Shown one piece after another: positions 17,870-23,869 of a stretch of 23,869 nucleotides of DNA. The DNA comes from Candidatus Altiarchaeota archaeon (GTDB taxonomy: Archaea > Altiarchaeota > Altiarchaeia > IMC4 > SCGC-AAA252-I15). The translations under genes and the position numbers were made by a program. Numbering within the stretch: the first letter of the stretch is position 1; every line of letters starts with the position of its first letter. The stretch covers positions 1-23,869 of the forward strand of contig JBDRLL010000039.1 in assembly GCA_043813075.1 (NCBI GenBank). The letters run 5' to 3'. The notes under the pieces are model-generated. The model was not told where the DNA came from. It saw only the letters and a program-made list of their open reading frames with translations, and did no database searches.

Positions 17870-19273
17870 ATGGAGCCAGACAATCAACATAAGGCTTTGC
17901 TGGCCTTTATCATACCGTTCATACTCCTAATCATGATTGTGGGATATGCTGGATCACTGATCATATCGCTGAAGGATATCGAAGGCAGGTCCATCAAGGC
18001 AGAGTATGACTGGGAGAAACTGCATGAAGAAACACGTGATAGGTTTAGTTTTGAATCTGGTAATCCAGGAGATGATGAATTATGGTATCGTCAGATGTAT
18101 GAATTCGAGTCTTCATTGAAGGGTTTGATGAATGCCAGGAATAAATGGATTCTGGGGTCTGAGATTGAGAGTAGGATCGATAAGTCGTATGATGTGTGGG
18201 AGATTACCAAGGAAAAACTTAGGGAAAGCGATGAGTTATACATGCAGCTCAAGGAGACGAAGATTGGCGTAGAACTCGCTAACACATCCCATATGAGGCT
18301 GATTGAACTGATAGTAGTAGAGGATAAAAAGATAGAGAGTACTGATGGCATATGGTTGTTTTACAGGCTACAGGACAGCCTCACAGACTTTGACGTGTCT
18401 GGCGATATCTTCACGAGTAACCTAGTCCAGATCACTGATGATATCAGGAATAAGGTCCAATACTTGATTTACGGTATTGTCTTGATAACATTCATCACAT
18501 CATCAGTCATCATATATTTCGCGTTTGTCTTCTCGAGAAAAGTCGATGAGTCCATTAGACAGCAGGTGAGGCAGCTGCAGGAGATGGATAGGATGAAGGA
18601 CGACTTCCTTAGGAACATAAGCCACGAGATTAAAAGCCCTATCGTGCCCTTGAGAGGGTATCTCGAACTATTGATGACCAGTCAATACGGCCCGTTGTCG
18701 AATAAGCAGAAGGAGATAATAGACACGTGCATTCGGAATGCGAGTCGACTGAACATCCTGATGGACGACCTTGTTGAGATGACGAAACTGGATACCGGAA
18801 AAATCGGCTATAACATGGTGGAGAACAACCTCAACGACATGATAGACGACGTTATCAAGAGGCTTAAGCCGTTAAACATCGAGAAGAATGATGAGATTGT
18901 CTGGGATAGGATGGAGATGCCACCACTCGTCTGCGATGAGGAGAGGATAATCTCGGTGATAGAAAACCTCCTTAACAACGCCATAAAATTCACTGAAAAC
19001 GGCATGATAACCGTAAGAACACGAGACAGACAAGACCACATTCAAATCGAAGTCTCTGACACGGGAGAAGGCATCAGCCCGGAATTCCATGAGAAGATAT
19101 TCGAGAAACTCTTCCAAGTCGACACCAGCACCCACAGGAAACACGAGGGGACTGGACTCGGCCTAGCGATAGCGAAGAGGATAGTGGAAGATCATGGAGG
19201 CAGGATATGGGTCGAAAGCGAACTTGGGCGAGGAAGCACTTTTTACTTCACACTACCTAAAAGAGATGTGTAA
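17870..19273 (+). CDS. Membrane sensor histidine kinase (HisKA + HATPase), 467 aa
   Basis: Two TM helices around an extracellular region; H box SHEIKSP, N box [21 protein letters not shown]. Start reassigned to ATG 17870, 5 nt after the SBP stop, with GGAGG upstream. Confidence 0.92.
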   Translation: MEPDNQHKALLAFIIPFILLIMIVGYAGSLIISLKDIEGRSIKAEYDWEKLHEETRDRFSFESGNPGDDELWYRQMYEFESSLKGLMNARNKWILGSEIESRIDKSYDVWEITKEKLRESDELYMQLKETKIGVELANTSHMRLIELIVVEDKKIESTDGIWLFYRLQDSLTDFDVSGDIFTSNLVQITDDIRNKVQYLIYGIVLITFITSSVIIYFAFVFSRKVDESIRQQVRQLQEMDRMKDDFLRNISHEIKSPIVPLRGYLELLMTSQYGPLSNKQKEIIDTCIRNASRLNILMDDLVEMTKLDTGKIGYNMVENNLNDMIDDVIKRLKPLNIEKNDEIVWDRMEMPPLVCDEERIISVIENLLNNAIKFTENGMITVRTRDRQDHIQIEVSDTGEGISPEFHEKIFEKLFQVDTSTHRKHEGTGLGLAIAKRIVEDHGGRIWVESELGRGSTFYFTLPKRDV

Positions 19274-19276
19274 GAG

Positions 19277-19639
19277 ATGAATGAGACAATATTGGTGGTC
19301 GACAATGAGGAAGACATATGCACCCTCATAAAAGAAGTCCTAGACCTCGATGGGTATAACGTGTTGACCGCATTCAGCGGCAGTGAATGCATTGAGAGTG
19401 CGGGGAAAAACAAAATCGACCTGATTATACTGGATGTGATGATGCCAGATATGGACGGGTGGGAGACTCTCGACAAGATGATTGAACTGGACGTCATAGG
19501 TGATGCTAAGATACTTGTCTGTACTGTAGCAAAGGATTATAAAAAACAGATGGAGAAATACGGGGAACACGTTCAAGGACAGTTAGACAAGTCCAACCTG
19601 ATAGTTGAGATACGCCAAAAAGTCGGGGAAATATTGTAG
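19277..19639 (+). CDS. Stand-alone response regulator receiver (REC)
   Basis: ILVVDNEE, LDVMMPDMDGWE, CT, DKS; 3 nt after the kinase. Confidence 0.9.
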   Translation: MNETILVVDNEEDICTLIKEVLDLDGYNVLTAFSGSECIESAGKNKIDLIILDVMMPDMDGWETLDKMIELDVIGDAKILVCTVAKDYKKQMEKYGEHVQGQLDKSNLIVEIRQKVGEIL

Positions 19640-19667
19640 AGTATGTGTTAGCCAGCTGGTAGGAGGC

Positions 19668-20960
19668 TCAGAATACGCGACGTAGTAGTCCGCTTATGAG
19701 AGACCCTATGTCCTTCATTATCGATTTTGCCTGGCCGGTTACGGTGGGTTCATTGCTTAGACCGCCCCTGATGTTGAATCTCCTGTCAAACTCGTTGAAC
19801 CATTCCTTCTTGAACTGTTCTTCCGTCATCTCGGCATTATTGCCGCCGACCTGGACGTAGAACTTGAATTCCCCATTGGACCCTCTAATGAACATGTATT
19901 TCAGGAGGTCCATGCGGGCGTCTCTAACCCGGGGCTTCTTGATGTAGTAGTCGATGAAACTGAACGCCCCACCATAGTATAAGTGGTCGTAGTCCTCATA
20001 GCTCGCGTCCATGTCATCATCAGTAGTCCACGACACCTTGTCTAAGGCGACCGCCTCAACAGTCTCCTTATAGTGTCTCTCATCATCAGCCAGATACCCC
20101 ACCATGACATTCCTCCGGGCCTCTGAGACTGAAGGCACGTCCTTCAGCTTGCCTTTCATATAACTGTGGGCGCCGTACTCGCAGATCCCCTCCCTAAACC
20201 ATTTCGGGACTTTATTATAGTCTCCCCCCCGCTCCAACGCGAAACCATTCATATGGTAGTGGGTGAGCTCGTGGGCCAATGCATTCAACTGCATTGCCTT
20301 GGGCTTGTACATCCCCATCTGCACGTACATGCGCTGGTAGGGGATGGTCAGCACGTTAGACCCCTCAAGCCATGACGCAACAGATTCGCTCGACGTCATC
20401 TTCAAGTGTATCCCCTGCTTATATTCTCTAGGGCCTGTGAATACCTTCCTTGAATCCTTGTCGAACGTGGACACTATCGCAGGATAGATTTCATCTTCAA
20501 TCAGCTTCTTGATCTCCTCCGCCTCAGCATCATCTTTAGGCTCGATGGAGACCACGAGGCCGAGTGACGTTGTGGTTGAAGTCGTCGTGCTGGTGGACGT
20601 CATTTTAACAGTGGTTGTCGTCATGACTTTTAATGTTGTGGTAGTGTATCGTATCGTTGTTGTCGTGGTTGTTTCCTGTGTTGTCGTAGTACCAAGATCT
20701 TTGACTAGGTAAAAATTATGCCCACAGACGTACCATTCCCCGTCGAAACCCTTGAGGGGGGCGTTTATCTCGTGGGAGGGACAGCACTTCTCACCATTCT
20801 TACAGCACGAGCCCCCGTAGGTGGACGGCTGCCCGTAGAAACTGCACCACCCGGACTCACAGTCAGAATGCTTAAGACACGGACTGCCGTCAGGCCATAG
20901 ACCACACGCATTTTGGGGTAAAAACAAGAAGACCGCCAGCAGGATGGCGATTCGTTTCAT
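19668..20960 (-). CDS. Secreted putative zinc metallopeptidase (clan MA/BSP-like) with Cys-rich N-domain and Thr-rich linker
   Basis: Signal peptide; CLKHSDCESGWC...CC...CC...C; poly-Thr; LAHELTH followed by PKWFREGICEY (gluzincin-type third ligand). Confidence 0.75.
   Translation of the reverse strand: MKRIAILLAVFLFLPQNACGLWPDGSPCLKHSDCESGWCSFYGQPSTYGGSCCKNGEKCCPSHEINAPLKGFDGEWYVCGHNFYLVKDLGTTTTQETTTTTTIRYTTTTLKVMTTTTVKMTSTSTTTSTTTSLGLVVSIEPKDDAEAEEIKKLIEDEIYPAIVSTFDKDSRKVFTGPREYKQGIHLKMTSSESVASWLEGSNVLTIPYQRMYVQMGMYKPKAMQLNALAHELTHYHMNGFALERGGDYNKVPKWFREGICEYGAHSYMKGKLKDVPSVSEARRNVMVGYLADDERHYKETVEAVALDKVSWTTDDDMDASYEDYDHLYYGGAFSFIDYYIKKPRVRDARMDLLKYMFIRGSNGEFKFYVQVGGNNAEMTEEQFKKEWFNEFDRRFNIRGGLSNEPTVTGQAKSIMKDIGSLISGLLRRVF
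20565..20690 (-). repeat. Low-complexity Thr-rich linker coding region
   Basis: Encodes TTTTQETTTTTTIRYTTTTLKVMTTTTVKMTSTSTTTSTTTS. Confidence 0.7.
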
Positions 20961-20996
20961 CAGTTATAATATGAGAGTATATAAAATTACCATAGA

Positions 20997-21045
20997 CTCC
21001 CCCTAAAATTAGGGGGAGAGGTGGCGTTAGGACTACCTGACGTCA
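20997..21045. repeat. Two adjacent inverted repeats in a divergent intergenic region
   Basis: CTCCCCCTAA-AA-TTAGGGGGAG (20997-21018, perfect) and TGGCGTTAGG-ACTA-CCTGACGTCA (21022-21045). Confidence 0.7.
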
Positions 21046-21144
21046 AATGCTGTTTATCCATTTTTTTCTTTCGCATTAATGCAGGAAAAAGCTTTTTTCA
21101 ATCGTTTAAATAGTATTGTATCCTAATGAGGTTGGAGGTGGACT

Positions 21145-21468
21145 ATGAGTAGCGTGGGAGAGCAGGCAAAGAGTAGTGTTAAAAGCCTGGGCAGATTGTT
21201 CGCAGTCATAGGACTGCTGTACGGCCTGCTTGGAGCGTACCTGTTCCACACCTGCTTTGCGAGAGTATACTGCAGCATAACAAGCAACATACTATTCCTA
21301 ATATTCATCCCACAAGGGATACTGTCAGTAATACTCGGAGGGATAACCAGCGGAGCCATGGCCGTGGACGCGGCCGCGTCTGCAATAGTGTTCGGGCTGC
21401 TGGGATTCGCGAAAGGAACAATAATCCAGACACTGTACTTTAAATACGTCCATAAACAAGCTGTTTAG
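21145..21468 (+). CDS. Hypothetical membrane protein (about three TM helices)
   Basis: Strong RBS GGAGGTG, upstream TTTAAATA, hydrophobic 107-aa ORF. Confidence 0.7.
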   Translation: MSSVGEQAKSSVKSLGRLFAVIGLLYGLLGAYLFHTCFARVYCSITSNILFLIFIPQGILSVILGGITSGAMAVDAAASAIVFGLLGFAKGTIIQTLYFKYVHKQAV

Positions 21469-21469
21469 T

Positions 21470-21754
21470 AGAATAGTTTCTTTTTTTCCGTCAACGCAAC
21501 CCCCTATAGGGGTGCGCACGAAAACAAGTCTTCGGTGCGTTCACATGCGAGTGCCATTTTCGCTAACACTCAATGACACAGAATGTGAGAAGAATACGTT
21601 TTCTTTCCGCCAACGCTTTCTTTTATGAAAAGAAAGGGTTGCGGGGGACGCGGTTCGAACGCGCGCAGGCCTACGCCACAGGGTAACCTCGAACCCTGTT
21701 CACAGATTATTTTTCCGTGAACGCTTTTGCCGCCGAAAGGCGGGAAAAGGGTTC
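21470..21754. repeat. Three degenerate copies of an AGAWTA..TTTCCGNNAACGC + hairpin module (21470-21516, 21591-21641, 21704-21754)
   Basis: ttttccgtcaacgc, ctttccgccaacgc and ttttccgtgaacgc, each followed directly by a stem-loop. Confidence 0.6.
21616..21636 (-). terminator. Hairpin/U-rich trailer immediately 3' of tRNA-Leu (possible terminator)
   Basis: CTTTCTTTT-ATG-AAAAGAAAG perfect inverted repeat; the transcript reads CUUUCUUUU just after the tRNA. Confidence 0.45.
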
Positions 21755-21794
21755 TCCTAAGCCCTGCCCATTTGACCGACTCTGGCACCCCCGC
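21640..21794 (-). tRNA. tRNA-Leu(TAG), 84 nt mature, with a 71-nt intron at canonical position 37/38 (21685-21755); CCA not encoded
   Basis: Acceptor GCGGGGG/CCCCCGC+A, D-arm CCA..GG..TGG, anticodon stem CAGGG/CCCTG with loop CT-TAG-G^A, long variable arm, T-arm GCGCG-TTCGAAC-CGCGT. Confidence 0.93.
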
Positions 21795-22093
21795 AAAAGG
21801 GATAATTAGCCGTAAAATAGCTGGTTTAACTAATATGAAGTAGGCAAATAAATAAGATTTCAGGCGATAACGACAAGTCAAATACCGCCAAAATACGCAT
21901 TTAACCTGCAATAATCAATTGTTGTGCCAAGGCACGCCTTATGGTGGGTAATCACAATGGCAAGGGAAAGGAAAACACTCCCGAAAAGGTATTTTCGGGC
22001 GTTTCTGTAGATATACGATTTAGTGAAATAAAAAGGCCCAAAGCATTGTATAAGCTTTCCCTGGCCCCTATACCTAGAAAAGGGCTACAAGCC

Positions 22094-22209
22094 TTATGGG
22101 TTAAGTTTACTACACGGTGTAGTACGCTCAGCAGACTTTCGTCTGCTGGCGCGCAAAAAGCCGGAGGCTTTTTCGCGTATCAAGCCATAAACTACAGGAT
22201 GTAGTAAAC
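22094..22209. other. Multi-hairpin element bounded by imperfect 19-bp inverted repeats (MITE-like, ncRNA or operator array)
   Basis: gtttactacacggtgtagt (22105-22123) vs actacaggatgtagtaaac (22191-22209), 16/19 match as inverted repeats; internal hairpins at 22129-22148 and 22150-22177. Confidence 0.5.
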
Positions 22210-22372
22210 CCTACATACTGAAGTATCTACATTCCTTAAACGCCAGAATTTAAGGGATAAAAGCCCATTTGTGTGTTGATGAAATGCTGGATTTGGATTT
22301 TTATTATTGTTGGCATGCCTTTATCCTGGTTTTATTCATCCAGTATAGGTTTAGTATTTTTCATGGTCTAGC

Positions 22373-22504
22373 CCCATAACTGCGGCTGACCGGACTGTTG
22401 ATTGGGGTCTGGATGATCCCGCAGGAAAACCGATTGAAGAGTTCAGGAAGACGAGGGACGAGATAAGGAAAATGGTTGAGGAGCTTATCGCTTCCCTAGA
22501 TTGA
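22373..22504 (+). pseudogene. arsC: 3' remnant of arsenate reductase ArsC (LMW-PTP family)
   Basis: Reads PITAADRTVDWGLDDPAGKPIEEFRKTRDEIRKMVEELIASLD*; in-frame TAG at 22352-22354, no upstream ATG, and no intact CX5R loop. Confidence 0.8.
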
Positions 22505-22819
22505 TTCAACTAGCTTTCTAATCTTCTTGTCTTTTAGGCTGTAGTAGGCGTATTTGCCTTTCATGTAGGATTCTATGATTCCGTTGTCCTTGAGTTTTGC
22601 CAGGTGCTGGCTTATGTTCGGCTGCCTCTTTCCGAGGGCATCCGAGAATACGCAGACACACTGGTCTTTTTTCGACAGGATTTTAAGGATCTGAAGGCGT
22701 GTTGGGTGGGCGAGAAGCTTAAGCCTTGATGAAGCGTCCTTTGCGTCTTTTGGGTTGAGCATATGGTTTTTTACGGACTTTGCTTCGTCCGGGCATCCGG
22801 CATCGCATGATTTGGCCAT
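22496..22819 (-). CDS. arsR: ArsR/SmtB family transcriptional repressor
   Basis: LAHPTRLQIL, QCVC, QPNISQHLAKLK, YYSL; divergent from acr3. Confidence 0.9.
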   Translation of the reverse strand: MAKSCDAGCPDEAKSVKNHMLNPKDAKDASSRLKLLAHPTRLQILKILSKKDQCVCVFSDALGKRQPNISQHLAKLKDNGIIESYMKGKYAYYSLKDKKIRKLVESI

Positions 22820-22861
22820 TCTTGATTATCTCTTTGTTTTTATTTGTTAAAATACATATTA

Positions 22862-22885
22862 TCGTATTCGAAAAAACGAATACGA
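22862..22885. promoter_or_regulatory. Probable ArsR operator TCGTATTCG-N6-CGAATACGA
   Basis: Perfect 9-6-9 palindrome 4 nt before the acr3 ATG in the arsR/acr3 spacer. Confidence 0.75.
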
Positions 22886-22889
22886 CAAG

Positions 22890-23869
22890 ATGGGTAAAGA
22901 TAAATCGATAGGGTTCTTCGAGAAGTATCTGACAGTATGGGTATTGTTGTGCATAATTATCGGAATCGGTATCGGGGAACTTGTGCCGTCTTTCCCGCAG
23001 TGGCTTAGCCAGTTTGAGTATGCCCACGTCTCGATACCTGTCGCAATCCTCATCTGGCTTATGATCTATCCGATGATGGTGCAGATAGACTTCAAAAGCG
23101 TCTTGGACGTGAGGAAAAAGCCGAAGGGACTGTTCCTCACTTTGGCTGTGAACTGGATAATAAAGCCTTTCACTATGTTCGCGTTCGCCTACCTTTTTTT
23201 TAAAATAATCTTTTCCGGCCTGATTGAAGCGCAGTTGGCCAACGAGTATTTGGCGGGGGCGATTCTTTTGGGTGCTGCACCCTGTACGGCGATGGTGTTC
23301 GTCTGGAGCTATCTGACGAGAGGCGACCCCAATTATACGCTGGTGCAGGTTTCCGTCAACGACTTAATCCTAATATTCGCTTATGCCCCGATAGTCATGT
23401 TTCTTCTGGGGTTGACGGAGATAATGGTTCCATGGGATACGGTACTCCTTTCAGTAATCCTTTACGTCGTAATCCCCTTGGCTGCGGGATACCTCACACG
23501 CAACTACCTGATCCGGAAAAAGGGCTTGGATTGGTTTGAGAAGGTTTTCATAAGGAATCTTCACACAGTCACGATGTCAGCCCTGCTATTGACGCTCATC
23601 ATCCTTTTCTCGTTCCAGGGCGAGATAATCTTGAAAAACCCCCTGCATGTAGTGCTGATTGGAATACCGTTAGCAATCCAGACGTTCTTCATATTCGCGT
23701 TAGCGTACGGGTGGGCCAGAGTATGGAAGCTCCCCCACAATATCGCCGCCCCTGCCTGCATGATTGGAGCATCCAATTTCTTCGAGTTGGCGGTGGCGGT
23801 CGCAATATCACTATTCGGCTTATCTTCAGGGGCGGCATTGGCAACGGTAGTGGGGGTCTTGGAGGAGGT
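22890..23869 (+). CDS. acr3: Arsenite efflux permease Acr3 (runs off the window end)
   Basis: [67 protein letters not shown]. Confidence 0.95.
   Translation, partial: MGKDKSIGFFEKYLTVWVLLCIIIGIGIGELVPSFPQWLSQFEYAHVSIPVAILIWLMIYPMMVQIDFKSVLDVRKKPKGLFLTLAVNWIIKPFTMFAFAYLFFKIIFSGLIEAQLANEYLAGAILLGAAPCTAMVFVWSYLTRGDPNYTLVQVSVNDLILIFAYAPIVMFLLGLTEIMVPWDTVLLSVILYVVIPLAAGYLTRNYLIRKKGLDWFEKVFIRNLHTVTMSALLLTLIILFSFQGEIILKNPLHVVLIGIPLAIQTFFIFALAYGWARVWKLPHNIAAPACMIGASNFFELAVAVAISLFGLSSGAALATVVGVLEE

Noticed and set aside
21470-21754. CRISPR-array interpretation of the three spaced motif copies
   Set aside because: The repeats are short and degenerate, the period (113-121 nt) is too long, tRNA exon 2 lies between two copies, and no cas genes are present
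21570-21911. 113-aa minus-strand ORF
   Set aside because: It runs through the tRNA-Leu gene and has no protein-like features
21941-22204. 87-aa ORF considered as a transposase remnant
   Set aside because: No HUH, DDE or TnpB motif is recognisable, there is no clear RBS, and it crosses the palindromic element
22268-22291. FVC**NAG, in frame with the arsC remnant, resembling the ArsC P-loop (FVCxxNxxRS)
   Set aside because: It has two stops, lacks the RS, and lies only ~32 codons from the C-terminal part instead of ~80; probably chance. No evidence for selenocysteine recoding.
23288-23303. GGCGATGGTGTTCGTC, resembling the fluoride riboswitch 5' motif
   Set aside because: It lies inside acr3 and encodes the conserved AMVFV peptide
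21640-23869. tRNA-anchored integrative island carrying the arsenic genes
   Set aside because: No integrase or duplicated tRNA end is visible, and the ars genes lie on the 5' side of the tRNA; this cannot be excluded beyond the window edge

Overview
Archaeal chromosomal window, judged from GAGGTG ribosome-binding sites, TATA-type promoters, an archaeal-type intron-containing tRNA and stand-alone receiver domains. The Thr-linker/Cys-rich secreted proteins suggest an Altiarchaeota-like lineage, but this is inference only. 1-11.9 kb is a dense redox and iron-homeostasis neighbourhood: ferritin, glutaredoxin, thioredoxin reductase, desulfoferrodoxin, a rubredoxin-like protein, an FTR catalytic subunit, flavodoxin, nitroreductase, TlpA/CcdA, Ogg, ferritin-VIT1, feoAB and a DtxR-family regulator with visible operators; tal and rpe are embedded in it. 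11.9-15.9 kb holds three glycosyltransferase-like genes. 15.9-19.6 kb is a REC / solute-binding protein / membrane histidine kinase / REC module with no adjacent ABC permease. A secreted HExxH peptidase and a small membrane protein follow. The last part contains tRNA-Leu(TAG) with a 71-nt intron, a highly palindromic intergenic region and an arsenic locus (arsC remnant, arsR, partial acr3). The most unusual signals are a ~50-nt motif-plus-hairpin module present three times (in the tRNA intron, in its 3' trailer and further downstream), a multi-hairpin CTACA/TGTAG element at ~22.1-22.2 kb, the candidate archaeal three-component sensor, and a 42-aa four-Cys ORF missing from the ORF track. All calls are by eye; no database search was run.
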